From positions 16,626-80,625 of the forward strand of contig REBZ01000152.1 of assembly GCA_007692495.1 (NCBI GenBank): DNA of 64,000 bases, written 5' to 3'. The notes below the pieces were generated by a model. It was not told the origin of the DNA, searched no databases, and saw only the letters and a program-made list of their open reading frames with translations. This DNA comes from Alkalicoccus sp. (GTDB lineage: Bacteria > Bacillota > Bacilli > Bacillales > Salisediminibacteriaceae). The position numbers and the translations under genes are program-made. Below are positions 20,812 through 31,836 of the stretch, piece after piece. The stretch's first letter is position 1. Every line of letters begins with the position of its first letter.

Positions 20812-21675
20812 ATGAGTGCAGAGCTTATTTCAGGCAAGGAAATAGCAGCAGTAACACGTCGGGAGCTTAAAGAAAAAGCAGAACGGCTTGGTGAGGAAGG
20901 AACTGTTCCGGGACTTGCGGTCATTCTCGTAGGAGATGACCCTGCCTCTGCTTCCTATGTAAGGGGAAAAGAGAAGGCGTGCCGGGAAGCCGGTATTTAT
21001 TCTGAAGTGGATCGTACAGAAGATACTATATCCGAAAAGGATCTTCTTCAAAAGATTGACAAGCTGAACAATAAAGATAATATTCATGGCATTCTTGTGC
21101 AGCTGCCTCTTCCTTCCCACATTTCTGAGGAGAAGATTATTGAAGCCATTTCACCGGAGAAAGATGTTGATGGTTTCCATCCAGTGAATATAGGAAGAAT
21201 GATGATAGGGAAAGATGCCTTCCTTCCCTGCACTCCCTTCGGAATCATACATATGTTAAAAATGAAAAATATACCTATAGAAGGCAGGCATGCCGTAGTC
21301 GTCGGCCGGAGCAATATAGTGGGAAAGCCTGTCGGCCAGCTTCTGCTTAACGAAAATGCTACTGTCACCTACTGCCATTCCCGGACGAAAGATATCCGTG
21401 AGTTGACAAAGCAGGCCGATATTATAGTGGTTGCTATAGGACGGGCCGGTTTTTTGGATAAGTCCTATATTAAAGACGGTGCGGTAATCATTGATGTCGG
21501 CATTAACCGTACGGAAGAGGGGAAGCTGACAGGAGACGTCGATTTTGAATCGGTAAAAGACAAAGCATCCTATGTGACCCCGGTACCGGGAGGCGTGGGC
21601 CCTATGACGATTACAATGCTCATGTATAATACTCTCAAAGCAGCGGAGCGTGCAGCCGGTAGAAAGAAGGGATAG
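20812..21675 (+). CDS. folD: Methylenetetrahydrofolate dehydrogenase/cyclohydrolase
   Basis: KDVDGFHP, PCTP, GRSNIVGKP, TPVPGGVGPMT. Confidence 0.97.
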   Translation: MSAELISGKEIAAVTRRELKEKAERLGEEGTVPGLAVILVGDDPASASYVRGKEKACREAGIYSEVDRTEDTISEKDLLQKIDKLNNKDNIHGILVQLPLPSHISEEKIIEAISPEKDVDGFHPVNIGRMMIGKDAFLPCTPFGIIHMLKMKNIPIEGRHAVVVGRSNIVGKPVGQLLLNENATVTYCHSRTKDIRELTKQADIIVVAIGRAGFLDKSYIKDGAVIIDVGINRTEEGKLTGDVDFESVKDKASYVTPVPGGVGPMTITMLMYNTLKAAERAAGRKKG

Positions 21676-21676
21676 T

Positions 21677-23032
21677 GTGAACGGCCAGTTTTTGTCTGTA
21701 TACGATGTGACTGTCAAAATCAAAAAACTGCTTGATACTTCCGCTGCGCTTCAGAACGTGTGGGTCCGTGCTGAAATATCCAATTTTAAAAAGCACAGCC
21801 GGGGACACATGTACTTCACCCTCAAAGATGACCGTTCCCGTCTGCAGTCTGTCATGTTTGCCGGCAGCAATAAATCTCTCCGCTTTACACCTGAAAACGG
21901 GATGGGTGTACTTGTCCGAGGCGATATATCGGTTTATGAACCGTTCGGACAGTATCAGTTTTACGTAAAAGAAATGCAGCCTGACGGTATTGGTGACCTG
22001 TATCTTGCGTTCGAACAACTGAAGAAAAAACTGGAGGCAGCAGGATACTTTGAAGAAAGCCGTAAAAAAACGCTTCCGAGAATTCCGGAACGTATCGCAG
22101 TCGTAACGTCACCTACAGGGGCGGCTGTGAGAGATATTGTTACAACTCTTCGAAGGCGGTACCCGCTTGCAAAAGTCACGCTTCTTCCGGTTCTCGTGCA
22201 GGGGCCTCATGCTTCCGGATCAATTTCCCGTGCTGTCCGCCAGGCGGATGAGGCGGGAATCTTTGACGTTATGATTATCGGTCGTGGCGGCGGATCCCTC
22301 GAAGAGTTATGGGCATTTAATGAAGAAGAGGTGGCAAAAGCTGTATTTGAATCGCAGACCCCTGTAGTTTCTGCTGTAGGTCACGAAACGGATGTAACGA
22401 TAAGTGACTTCACGGCTGATCTCAGAGCTCCGACACCCACAGCTGCAGCGGAAATGGTCGTCCCGGATATACAGGAAATGAGGGCATTTACAGCAGAGCG
22501 TCATGCACGTCTCCAACGAATCATGATTCAATATACGAAGCAGGCAGGAGATCAACTAAAGAGACTGGAAAATTCCTATGCTTTCAAATATCCGAAGAAA
22601 CTTCTCGAAGAAAAAGAGCAGCAGCTGGATATGATGCAGGAAAGACTGAAACGAAGTCTTAAGCAGGCAAGTCAGGAACAGCAGCAGCGCCTGCAGTCAT
22701 GGCACGAAAGGCTGAAAAATGTTCATCCTGAAAAACAGGCGGCTGCTCACAGGGAAAAAGCAGAGCAGCTTGAAAAAAGTCTGGTGCGCACTATGGAACT
22801 GCTCATTCAAAATAAAAATCAGCAGCTATCCCTGCAGGTTTCCAAACTCGATCTTCTCAGTCCGCTCCACCTTATGAAAAAAGGATACAGTCTTGTGTAC
22901 AATGAAGAAAAAAGTTTAATCAAATCGATTGAAGATACTTCCGAAGGTGGTGCAGTGACCATCCGTCTCCAGGACGGATCCCTGGACTGCATGGTGAAAA
23001 AACAAGTTAAAGAAGAAAGGAAGGGATTATAA
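21677..23032 (+). CDS. xseA: Exodeoxyribonuclease VII large subunit
   Basis: [36 protein letters not shown]; GTG at 21677. Confidence 0.95.
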   Translation: MNGQFLSVYDVTVKIKKLLDTSAALQNVWVRAEISNFKKHSRGHMYFTLKDDRSRLQSVMFAGSNKSLRFTPENGMGVLVRGDISVYEPFGQYQFYVKEMQPDGIGDLYLAFEQLKKKLEAAGYFEESRKKTLPRIPERIAVVTSPTGAAVRDIVTTLRRRYPLAKVTLLPVLVQGPHASGSISRAVRQADEAGIFDVMIIGRGGGSLEELWAFNEEEVAKAVFESQTPVVSAVGHETDVTISDFTADLRAPTPTAAAEMVVPDIQEMRAFTAERHARLQRIMIQYTKQAGDQLKRLENSYAFKYPKKLLEEKEQQLDMMQERLKRSLKQASQEQQQRLQSWHERLKNVHPEKQAAAHREKAEQLEKSLVRTMELLIQNKNQQLSLQVSKLDLLSPLHLMKKGYSLVYNEEKSLIKSIEDTSEGGAVTIRLQDGSLDCMVKKQVKEERKGL

Positions 23033-23262
23033 TGGGGGAAGAAAAAAAGGCTTCTTTTGAAACATCAATGCGGGAACTGGAAGAAATCGTCCAGAAACTC
23101 GAGCAGGGAGATGTCCCTCTTGAAGAAGCGATAGATATGTTTCAGGAGGGCATGAAACTTTCGAAAGATTGTCACGATCGGCTTCATAAAGTGGAAAAGC
23201 AGATGACGGAAGTTCTGTCTGAAGACGGTTCCTTATCGAGTCTTCCTGAGGAGGAATTGTAG
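23032..23262 (+). CDS. xseB: Exodeoxyribonuclease VII small subunit
   Basis: [20 protein letters not shown]. Confidence 0.95.
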   Translation: MGEEKKASFETSMRELEEIVQKLEQGDVPLEEAIDMFQEGMKLSKDCHDRLHKVEKQMTEVLSEDGSLSSLPEEEL

Positions 23263-23263
23263 C

Positions 23264-24151
23264 GTGAATAAACCCCTTCTCGATACGTTTATTGACAGCC
23301 ATAAAGCCAGGGTGGAAAGCTTCTTTGAAGAGATAACTTCTTCTCTTGAAGCTCCCCGTCAGCTTCAGGAGGCTATGCTTTATTCTCTTCAGGCCGGGGG
23401 GAAGCGCATACGTCCAATGCTTCTCTATGCCGTGCTTGAAAGCTATGACAGGGACAAAACGGCAGGAGACAGCACTGCCTGTGCGCTGGAAATGATACAC
23501 ACATACTCCTTGATTCATGATGATCTTCCTGCAATGGATAACGATGATTTTCGAAGAGGTAAACCGACAAATCATAAAATATTCGGTGAAGCAACAGCTA
23601 TACTCGCAGGAGATGCACTGCTGACGCATGCTTTTCAACTTATCTCCAGGGACGACCGGCTTGCTCCTGAAAAAAGGCTGGAAAACGTACGTCTTCTTTC
23701 CCGTGCAGCCGGGCCGGACGGAATGGTGGGCGGTCAGACGGCTGATATGCTTGCGGAGGAAAAAGAAGTTACTGTAGAGGAAATGGAAAGTATTCATAAC
23801 CGTAAAACCGGAGATCTGCTGGCCGTAGCGCTCCAGATGGGAGCTTCCATTGCAGGTGCGGGAAAGAAAGAGCAGGAAGCGCTTCACCGGTTTGGCATTC
23901 ATATCGGACTGGCCTTTCAAATCAAAGATGACCTGCTTGATGTTGAAGGAGATGAGCAGCTGCTCGGAAAACCGGTAGGAAGTGATGAAGGAAATCATAA
24001 AAAAACATACGTCAGTCTGCTCGGTCTGGAAAAAGCAAAAGAGCGTCTGAAATTCCACACAGGTGCGGCTCTTTCCGAGCTGGAGGAGCTTTCTGTTCCG
24101 AGTCACATACTGCAGGAGCTGGCTGTTTATATTGCAGAACGTGATCAGTAG
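23264..24151 (+). CDS. ispA: Farnesyl diphosphate synthase
   Basis: GGKRIRP, HDDLPAMDNDDFRRG, FQIKDD. Confidence 0.95.
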   Translation: MNKPLLDTFIDSHKARVESFFEEITSSLEAPRQLQEAMLYSLQAGGKRIRPMLLYAVLESYDRDKTAGDSTACALEMIHTYSLIHDDLPAMDNDDFRRGKPTNHKIFGEATAILAGDALLTHAFQLISRDDRLAPEKRLENVRLLSRAAGPDGMVGGQTADMLAEEKEVTVEEMESIHNRKTGDLLAVALQMGASIAGAGKKEQEALHRFGIHIGLAFQIKDDLLDVEGDEQLLGKPVGSDEGNHKKTYVSLLGLEKAKERLKFHTGAALSELEELSVPSHILQELAVYIAERDQ

Positions 24152-24159
24152 CCATTTAA

Positions 24160-24189
24160 TTGTCCGTACCTCTTATTTCATGATATAAT
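24160..24189 (+). promoter_or_regulatory. SigA promoter of the ole RNA
   Basis: TTGTCC-N18 then extended -10 TGaTATAAT, ending 6 nt before the RNA closing stem. Confidence 0.75.
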
Positions 24190-24195
24190 AATAAA

Positions 24196-24754
24196 GGTGA
24201 GTGGTGCAGTATTCTAGTCGGTTCTACAGCCTCGAAAGCGGGCCTAAAAATCCGCTAAAGGGCACATCGATGAAGTTCCTAGTCTTGGCTTGAGGCGCCC
24301 AGCCTTGGGTCCTGACTGGGAGTAAAGGCTGTAGGGCGATCCACAAAGGCATGTGGGCGATGACCCTGCAGCCGCGGAGGCCTGTAAGTATGGCGTCAGA
24401 CCCACTGATGCTGTGCTTGCAGGTATGAACCTGCCTTGCGAGTCAGGGAACGAGCGGGCAGCGTAGCCTGCCTTGAGTGGAGTCTGAGGGGATTATGGTA
24501 GCCAACCATATGAAATCAGCTCTGCAAAAGAGGATAGAGGTTGATTTGAACTGCCGGGGAAAACCCCTAGACTGTTCCACAGGACATTAAAAGAGGATTA
24601 TAGTGCGTACTGAGTGGTAATCCAGTCTGGCGTCTGGCGACAGCGTCAAGCCGGGTTTAAAGGGAAACCACCGTGGCGGCGACGCTGCGGTACCCGGCTG
24701 GGAAAACCTACTGGACCTAAGGCGCAGTCTTTACTCCTTTAATGACCACTCACC
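24196..24754 (+). ncRNA. ole: OLE RNA (ornate, large, extremophilic RNA)
   Basis: Perfect closing stem GGTGAGTGGT (24196-24205)/ACCACTCACC (24745-24754); many nested helices and GCGA tetraloops; OLE-type blocks GTGCAGTATTCTAGTC, GCGGGCCTAAAAATCCGCTAAAGGGCACATCGATGAAGTTCCT, GTAGCCTGCCTTGAGTG, AAAGGGAAACC; ispA-ole-oapA-dxs context; no long ORF. Confidence 0.93.
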
Positions 24755-24800
24755 ATTTACATAATAAGTATGTACTGCCCAAGGGAGACGGGATTTATAA

Positions 24801-25409
24801 ATGAAGGAATCAATGAAACAATCTTTAAGATGGAGCTGGATGATCGCCGTTATCACACTCGTGTTAGCGGCTATTTTTTCTGTCATTTCCACAGCGATAT
24901 TAAGCGGGGTAGCCTGGGCAGTAGGTATGATGATTGTGTTTCTCATCGTCCTTCTGGGGGTAATATCTGATACTATAGGGGTTGCTGCGACTGCAGCCCG
25001 TGAAAAGCCGTTTCATGCGATGGCTGCGGAAAAGCTTCCCGGGGCCAGGCAGGCGGTTCAAATTACCCGCAACGCAGATAAATTTTCTAATTTTACAAAT
25101 GATGTTATTGGGGATATTGCAGGGGTAATAAGTGGTACAGCTTCTGCCTATGTCGTGCTGCAGCTTGCTTCCCAGCTTGGGCATGAAGAAGGTTCCACCA
25201 CCCAGTTTGCTATATCAGTATTATTTACAAGCATCGTGGCAGCACTGACCGTAGGTGGAAAGTCAGTGGGTAAAACCCTTGCGATTCAATATTCTACAGA
25301 GATCATTTACCGTGTGGGTAGATTATTTTATGTGATAGAGGTAAAATTAAAAATAACAATTTTTAAGAAGAAAAAGAAAAAACGAAAGAATTTAAAAGGA
25401 AGAAAGTGA
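24801..25409 (+). CDS. oapA: OLE-associated membrane protein OapA (DUF21/CNNM-like TM domain)
   Basis: Directly downstream of ole; hydrophobic helices; PFHAMAA..K..GA and NDVIGDIAG (D101/D105); LTVGGK; Lys-rich tail. Confidence 0.88.
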   Translation: MKESMKQSLRWSWMIAVITLVLAAIFSVISTAILSGVAWAVGMMIVFLIVLLGVISDTIGVAATAAREKPFHAMAAEKLPGARQAVQITRNADKFSNFTNDVIGDIAGVISGTASAYVVLQLASQLGHEEGSTTQFAISVLFTSIVAALTVGGKSVGKTLAIQYSTEIIYRVGRLFYVIEVKLKITIFKKKKKKRKNLKGRK

Positions 25410-25418
25410 GGGTTTCTT

Positions 25419-27308
25419 TTGGATGTATTAGAGATGAAGGACCCGGCTTTTTTAAAAGAGCTGGATGACAGGCAGCTTCGGAGTGTAGCTGAAGATATAA
25501 GGGAATTTTTGATCAGCAAACTTTCAGTTACAGGAGGCCATCTCGGGCCTAATCTAGGGGTGGTGGAACTGACTCTCGTACTGCATCAGCTGTATGAGAG
25601 CCCAAAAGACAAATTTCTATTCGATGTAGGCCATCAGGCATACGTGCATAAAATTTTAACCGGCAGGGCCGGCCAGTTTGATACTCTGCGGCAGCATAAA
25701 GGACTCTGCGGATTTCCTAAGCGTTCCGAATCGATCCATGACTGCTGGGAAACGGGGCACAGCTCCACATCGCTTTCCGGAGCAATGGGCATGACACTTG
25801 CACGTGATTTAAAAGGATCGGATGAGCATATCGTTCCAATAATAGGAGACGGCGCTTTGACCGGAGGCATGGCGTTGGAAGCGCTTAACCATATTGGTCA
25901 TGAGCAGCGGGACATGACAGTGATTTTGAATGATAATGAAATGTCAATTGCACCGAACGTCGGCGCACTTCATAATATGCTTGGAAGAATGCGTACAGCC
26001 GGAAAGTATACACGGGCGAAAGAAGATCTTGAAATGCTCATTAAAAAAGTACCAGCATTCGGTGGGCGTATTGCTGCTACAGCGGAACGTCTGAAAGACA
26101 GCCTCAAGTATATGTTTGTATCGGGCATGTTTTTTGAAGAACTCGGATTTACGTATCTCGGACCTGTGGACGGACATGATATAAATGATCTTCGTTCCAA
26201 TATCCAGTACGCTAAAAAAACTAAAGGGCCGGTGCTGATCCACGTTGTCACAAAAAAAGGGAAAGGCTATGCACCTGCCGAGAACGATGCCAAAGGTACT
26301 TGGCACGGTCTTGGCCCGTACAAAATTGAATCCGGGGAGGTTGTTAAAAAACCGGGGCCTCCAAGTTACAGCGGCGTCTTTGCAGAAACGATGAAAAAAA
26401 TTGCAAGAACCGATGAAAAGCTCGTCACGGTTACTCCTGCCATGCCGAATGGAAGCGGACTCGATAAATTCGCCCAGGAATTCCCGGAAAGAATGTTTGA
26501 TGTCGGAATAGCAGAGCAGCATGCAACTACGATGTCAGCAGGACTTGCGGCACAGGGTATGAAGCCTGTACTTGCGATTTATTCCACGTTTCTTCAGCGT
26601 GGATATGATCAGCTTGTCCATGACGTATGCCGTCAAAATTTAAATGTAGCCTTTGCTATTGACCGAGCCGGACTCGTTGGGGCGGATGGAGAAACTCATC
26701 AGGGCGTATTCGATATCTCCTATATGCGTCATCTGCCTAATATGAAACTTATGGCGCCGAAGGACGAAAATGAATTTCAGCATATGCTTTACACAGCTGT
26801 ACAGTATGAAAATGGTCCTGTTGCAGTAAGGTATCCACGAGGAAGCGGAATTGGTGTGGAGATGGACGAAACCCTGCAGGAAATTACTTTGGGACAGTGG
26901 GAAGTGCTTAAACAAGGTGAGGATGCAGCTATACTCGCTTTCGGTACGATGGTTCCTGTAGCTGAAGCGGCGGCAGAGCTTCTCGCTCAAAAAGGCATAT
27001 ATACAGAAGTTATAAATGCCCGTTCAATCAAGCCTCTCGATCATGAAAAGCTTTTCGAATTAAATAAAAAACAGAAACCGATTCTCACAATGGAAGAACA
27101 TGTTCTTCAAGGCGGATTCGGGAGTGCAGTACTGGAATTTTATCACGAACAGGGGATCCATTCCGCAGTAGTAGAGCGAATGGGTATCGAGGACTGCTAC
27201 ATCGAACACGGAGGCGTGCCGGATCTTCTTAAAGAGGTAGGGCTTACAGACGAAAATGCAGCAGCACGTGTTGTGGAAATGCTTCCCCCTAAAAAACAGC
27301 GGGCCTGA
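25419..27308 (+). CDS. dxs: 1-deoxy-D-xylulose-5-phosphate synthase
   Basis: [34 protein letters not shown]. Confidence 0.97.
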   Translation: MDVLEMKDPAFLKELDDRQLRSVAEDIREFLISKLSVTGGHLGPNLGVVELTLVLHQLYESPKDKFLFDVGHQAYVHKILTGRAGQFDTLRQHKGLCGFPKRSESIHDCWETGHSSTSLSGAMGMTLARDLKGSDEHIVPIIGDGALTGGMALEALNHIGHEQRDMTVILNDNEMSIAPNVGALHNMLGRMRTAGKYTRAKEDLEMLIKKVPAFGGRIAATAERLKDSLKYMFVSGMFFEELGFTYLGPVDGHDINDLRSNIQYAKKTKGPVLIHVVTKKGKGYAPAENDAKGTWHGLGPYKIESGEVVKKPGPPSYSGVFAETMKKIARTDEKLVTVTPAMPNGSGLDKFAQEFPERMFDVGIAEQHATTMSAGLAAQGMKPVLAIYSTFLQRGYDQLVHDVCRQNLNVAFAIDRAGLVGADGETHQGVFDISYMRHLPNMKLMAPKDENEFQHMLYTAVQYENGPVAVRYPRGSGIGVEMDETLQEITLGQWEVLKQGEDAAILAFGTMVPVAEAAAELLAQKGIYTEVINARSIKPLDHEKLFELNKKQKPILTMEEHVLQGGFGSAVLEFYHEQGIHSAVVERMGIEDCYIEHGGVPDLLKEVGLTDENAAARVVEMLPPKKQRA

Positions 27309-27310
27309 CA

Positions 27311-28117
27311 ATGAAAAAAGAAAGAATTGATGTACTGCTCGTGGAACAGGGATTAATGGACTCAAGAGAAAAAGCGAAACGTACGATAATGGCAGGTCTC
27401 GTTCTGGCTGATGGGGAAAGAGTGGATAAGGCCGGCACAAAAGTGCCGGTGGACGCTGTTCTGACCCTCAAAGGGGAGATCAGTCCCTACGTCAGCAGGG
27501 GTGGACTGAAGCTGAAAAAGGCTGTGGAGACGTTTCACTTAAACCTGGAAGATAAAATTGTTCTCGATATAGGAGCCTCTACGGGAGGATTTACAGACTG
27601 TGCTCTTCAGGAAGGAGCGCGGCTCGTTTATTCACTTGACGTAGGCTACAATCAGCTTGCCTGGAAACTCCGTCAGCATAAACAGGTGGTAGTAATGGAA
27701 AGAACAAACTTCCGGTACTGTACACCGGCAGATTTTGACAAGGGAGAGCCGGACTTTGCGACTATTGACGTTTCGTTTATTTCCCTGAGGCTGATTCTTC
27801 CAGCGCTGAAAGATATATTATCCGCTGCGGGAGAAGTGTCCGCTCTTATAAAACCTCAGTTTGAAGCTGGACGGGACGAGGTTGGAAAAAAAGGAATTGT
27901 ACGGGATCCTGCCGTTCATGAAAAAGTTCTAAAGAGAACAGCTGAAATTGCTGAGGAAGCAGGCTTCGCCGTAATTAATATTGTTCCTTCCCCGATCAGG
28001 GGTGGAGAAGGAAACATTGAATTTCTGATGCATCTGAGGGCATCCGGAAAATCGGAGTACGGAGAAGGTGAAATCAGCCGCACGGTGAAAGAAGCCCACG
28101 TAAAACCACCGCAATAA
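27311..28117 (+). CDS. tlyA: TlyA-family rRNA 2'-O-methyltransferase (YqxC)
   Basis: S4 domain, [25 protein letters not shown]. Confidence 0.93.
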   Translation: MKKERIDVLLVEQGLMDSREKAKRTIMAGLVLADGERVDKAGTKVPVDAVLTLKGEISPYVSRGGLKLKKAVETFHLNLEDKIVLDIGASTGGFTDCALQEGARLVYSLDVGYNQLAWKLRQHKQVVVMERTNFRYCTPADFDKGEPDFATIDVSFISLRLILPALKDILSAAGEVSALIKPQFEAGRDEVGKKGIVRDPAVHEKVLKRTAEIAEEAGFAVINIVPSPIRGGEGNIEFLMHLRASGKSEYGEGEISRTVKEAHVKPPQ

Positions 28118-28142
28118 ACTGAATTTTTGGAGGAACTCTTCT

Positions 28143-28592
28143 ATGAATAAAGGTCAGCGACATATAAAAATCAGGGATATCATCGGAAATAATGACGTCG
28201 AAACTCAGGATGAACTGGTTGATCAGCTGAGAAACGCCGGTTTTAATGTAACTCAGGCGACCGTCAGCCGGGATATTAAAGAGCTTCATCTTGTAAAAGT
28301 ACCGATGATGGACGGACGATACAAATACAGTCTGCCCTCAGACCAGCGGTTCAATCCATTGCAGAAGCTTAAGAGAGCACTGGTCGACAGCTTTGTTTCC
28401 ATAGATTATACGTCCAATATGATCGTCATTAAAACGCTTCCCGGTAATGCAAATGCTGTAGGGGCACTTATTGACAATCTTGACTGGACAGAAATTATGG
28501 GAACTATATGCGGGGATGACACCATTCTTATCATCTGCCGCTCGGAAGAGGATCCGGGAAAGATGACCGAAAAATTTCTGGAAATGCTTTAA
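28143..28592 (+). CDS. ahrC: Arginine repressor AhrC/ArgR
   Basis: [20 protein letters not shown]. Confidence 0.97.
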   Translation: MNKGQRHIKIRDIIGNNDVETQDELVDQLRNAGFNVTQATVSRDIKELHLVKVPMMDGRYKYSLPSDQRFNPLQKLKRALVDSFVSIDYTSNMIVIKTLPGNANAVGALIDNLDWTEIMGTICGDDTILIICRSEEDPGKMTEKFLEML

Positions 28593-28990
28593 CTCGGCAT
28601 GAGGAAGGTCAACATCCTTCGTTGCTTTTTTAATTAATGAAACCGGCGGCTGTACTTTTTATATTGGGGATGAATGGAAATAATAACCACCTCCAGAAGA
28701 CGTGCAGAATTTTGCGGTGCTGTTTTCTCTGCATAGTGGGTCTTATGTAAACAGAGTTATAAAGAAAAAGGCTGACCTGGTACAAAGCAGGATTCAGCCT
28801 TTTTTTATAATTAATGGCCCGGGAAGTTAATATCAGGAAGACCGCTTGGCTGTAAAACGTTACAGAAACAGAAAATAGTCCGGGCTAAATAATACGAGAC
28901 TGTTAGACTTTCCATCCGGTTTAATTTATATAGTATTTGAAAAATGTTTACATAGTTTCTGTTTATCAATCTGAGAGGAGCTGATCAGCT

Positions 28991-30715
28991 GTGCTGATGG
29001 AAATTTCAATTCGAAACTTTGCCATTATTGAAGAATTGACAGTATCATTTGAAGAGGGTCTGACAGTTTTAACTGGAGAAACCGGTGCAGGAAAATCGAT
29101 TATTATTGATGCTATCGGACTGCTTATAGGCGGACGGGGATCTGTAGAGTTCGTCAGGCACGGCAGCAAACGGGCAGAGATCGAAGGTTTATACACTGTG
29201 GAGGAGCCTCTTCCGGCAGAAACAGCTGCATTATTCCAGGATCTTGGAATTAAACTTGATGAAGAAGAAACAGTAGTTTTAAAGAGGGAAATTACTAAAC
29301 AGGGAAAAAGTGTGTGCCGGGTGAACGGCCGCCTGACCACACTCGGCATTCTGCGTCAGATCGGCCAGCAGCTTGTTGACATACACGGGCAGCACGAGCA
29401 TCAGCAGCTTCTGCAGACCGATAAGCACGGCATGTTTCTTGACCGCTTTGCAGAGGAAGAACTGAAAGAAGCTAAAAAAGAATATTCCTCTCTTTACGAC
29501 AGGTTTGACAAAAAACTTAAACAACTGAAGCAGCTTTCCGACAATGAACAGCAGATGGCTCAGCGCCTGGACCTGATTCAGTATCAATTTGAAGAAATTC
29601 AACAGGCTCAGCTTCAGCCGCAGGAAGACGTACTTTTGATAGAAGAAAAGAGAAAGCTGAACAACAGTGAAGGACTTTACAGAACGATCCATGGCGCATA
29701 CGAAAGTCTTTACGGAGACAGCAAAGGGCTGGAGTGGGTCATGGCTGCAAAAAACCAGGTGGAGGAAGCAGCTGAAATGGACCCGGAAATCGGAAAGTTA
29801 AAGGAAACAGTGGAAGAAGGGTATTATATGCTGGAAGAAGCTGCATTTTCTTTAAGGGATTACTATGAATCCATCGAATTTGATCCGGAAAGACTTCATG
29901 AAATCGAAGCCCGACTGAGTGAAATCAGCCAGCTGAAACGTAAGTACGGAGAAAGTGTGGAAGAAATTCTGGAATATTGTGCTTCAATCGAAGAAGAGCT
30001 GGATACACTTACCAATCGGGAGCAGCGGCTGGGAGAATGGCAGCAGGAACTGGAGGCTGCAGCTGCAGATCTTTATGTGGAGGGAATGCACATAAGCGAT
30101 ATCAGAAAAAAGGCAGCCGGTAAACTGAAGGAGGCAATTCAGCAGCAGCTGAAAGATTTATATATGCCTCATACGGAGTTTGAAGTACTCGTTCAGACAG
30201 CTCCTCAGGAAGAATTCACGGCGGACCAGCTGTTGAAAAAGCACCCGTTCCAACGGTCGGGTATCGACTCCATAGAATTTCAGGTAGCTACAAATAAAGG
30301 AGAACCGCTGAAATCACTCGCGAAAGTAGCTTCCGGGGGAGAGATTTCCAGGATGATACTGGCACTTAAATCCATTCTCGCCCGTCATGAAGGTGTAACT
30401 TCCCTTATATTTGATGAAGTTGATACAGGAGTAAGCGGGAGAGTGGCCCAGGCAATTGCGTCAAAAATTCACCGGCTCGCAGAAGGCTCCCAGGTTTTAT
30501 GTATTACTCACCTGCCTCAGGTAGCAGCCATGGCCGACACGCATTTATTCATTTCGAAACAGGAAAAAAATGAACGGACTATAACCAGTGTCCATCCATT
30601 AAGCAGTGAAGAGCAGATTGAAGAAGTAGGGCGTATGATGTCCGGAACCGATATTACAGATGTGACGAAGCAGCATGCCCGGGAGCTTATTTCTCAGGCA
30701 TCTGACCGGAAGTAA
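28991..30715 (+). CDS. recN: DNA repair protein RecN
   Basis: TGETGAGKS, coiled coil, ASGGEISR, FDEVDTGVSG. Confidence 0.97.
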   Translation: MLMEISIRNFAIIEELTVSFEEGLTVLTGETGAGKSIIIDAIGLLIGGRGSVEFVRHGSKRAEIEGLYTVEEPLPAETAALFQDLGIKLDEEETVVLKREITKQGKSVCRVNGRLTTLGILRQIGQQLVDIHGQHEHQQLLQTDKHGMFLDRFAEEELKEAKKEYSSLYDRFDKKLKQLKQLSDNEQQMAQRLDLIQYQFEEIQQAQLQPQEDVLLIEEKRKLNNSEGLYRTIHGAYESLYGDSKGLEWVMAAKNQVEEAAEMDPEIGKLKETVEEGYYMLEEAAFSLRDYYESIEFDPERLHEIEARLSEISQLKRKYGESVEEILEYCASIEEELDTLTNREQRLGEWQQELEAAAADLYVEGMHISDIRKKAAGKLKEAIQQQLKDLYMPHTEFEVLVQTAPQEEFTADQLLKKHPFQRSGIDSIEFQVATNKGEPLKSLAKVASGGEISRMILALKSILARHEGVTSLIFDEVDTGVSGRVAQAIASKIHRLAEGSQVLCITHLPQVAAMADTHLFISKQEKNERTITSVHPLSSEEQIEEVGRMMSGTDITDVTKQHARELISQASDRK

Positions 30716-31018
30716 CCCATGGTGAGCTGATTTCACATTTTCTTTTACCTTATTCGAAAAAAATATATAAAATATTCCTTTGTAAGAATATGTATCTGCT
30801 CTGTGCAGTTCCCTCAATCATGAAAAGTCCCACTGCTGCCGACATTACAGAAGATAATAGATGCCCTCCCTGTTTAATAATAAGCTCTGCTCGTGTTGAG
30901 AGTTGTCGTTAATCGAGCCTGAACCTGCTTTAAACGTCCACTTTCACTATGCTATACTTGGAGAATCATAAACTGCAGGAAAAACAGTATCAGGCAGAGA
31001 GGTAAGGGGGACGCGGGT

Positions 31019-31798
31019 ATGAACAAGATAAAAGTTTGTGTAGCTGATGATAACAAAGAACTTGTTGGTCTGCTGGAAGAATACCTGAACGATACGGATG
31101 ATATAACGGTTATTGGGAAAGCTTACAACGGGCAGGAGTGCCTGGAAATTATAAAAACAGAACAGCCGGATGTTATTATTCTTGATATTATAATGCCTCA
31201 TTTGGACGGGCTCGCAGTACTGGAAAAATTAAACGAAACACCGCTTGATAAAAAACCAAGTATTATTATGCTTACAGCTTTCGGCCAGGAGGAAGTGACA
31301 AAAAAAGCAGGGGAACTGGGAGCATCGTATTATGTGCTTAAGCCATTTGACATGGATATGCTCGTCGATAAAGTAAGGGAGGTAGCCTCTGCGGAACAGT
31401 CTGGAAAAGAACGGAGTCAGGGTAACTCCCGCCAGACCTTTACTCCGATGAATCTTGATGCCAGTATTACCAGCATTATTCATGAAATAGGAGTGCCTGC
31501 TCACATTAAAGGCTATATGTATCTGCGGGAAGCAATAACCCTCGTTTATTATGATATCGACCTGCTCGGTTCGGTGACGAAGGTCCTTTACCCCGATATT
31601 GCCGATAAATTCAATACGACGCCGAGCCGGGTTGAACGGGCTATAAGGCATGCGATCGAAGTAGCCTGGGGACGGGGAAATGTCGATTCTATTTCCAAAA
31701 TGTTCGGATATACAGTGAACAGTGCAAAGTCGAAGCCGACTAATTCTGAATTTATTGCGATGGTAGCTGATAAACTGAGAGTAGAGCATGGAAAATAA
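31019..31798 (+). CDS. spo0A: Response regulator Spo0A
   Basis: Receiver domain ([14 protein letters not shown]) plus effector domain [30 protein letters not shown]. Confidence 0.97.
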   Translation: MNKIKVCVADDNKELVGLLEEYLNDTDDITVIGKAYNGQECLEIIKTEQPDVIILDIIMPHLDGLAVLEKLNETPLDKKPSIIMLTAFGQEEVTKKAGELGASYYVLKPFDMDMLVDKVREVASAEQSGKERSQGNSRQTFTPMNLDASITSIIHEIGVPAHIKGYMYLREAITLVYYDIDLLGSVTKVLYPDIADKFNTTPSRVERAIRHAIEVAWGRGNVDSISKMFGYTVNSAKSKPTNSEFIAMVADKLRVEHGK

Positions 31799-31836
31799 AA
31801 AAACCTGGAAGTCGTTTAGACTTCCAGGTTTTTTTT
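31797..31836. terminator. Bidirectional terminator between spo0A and the DUF2627-like gene
   Basis: AAAAAACCTGGAAGTC...GACTTCCAGGTTTTTTTT. Confidence 0.8.

Noticed and set aside
23027-24106. 359-aa antisense ORF opposite xseB/ispA
   Set aside because: Fully overlaps two conserved genes; its residue composition is typical of a reverse-frame shadow.
24731-24970. Short ORFs overlapping the ole 3' end and the oapA start
   Set aside because: Alternative frames of oapA with no independent support.
28851-28864. TGTAAAACGTTACA as a cre site before recN
   Set aside because: The central CG is off-register relative to the 14-bp cre consensus.
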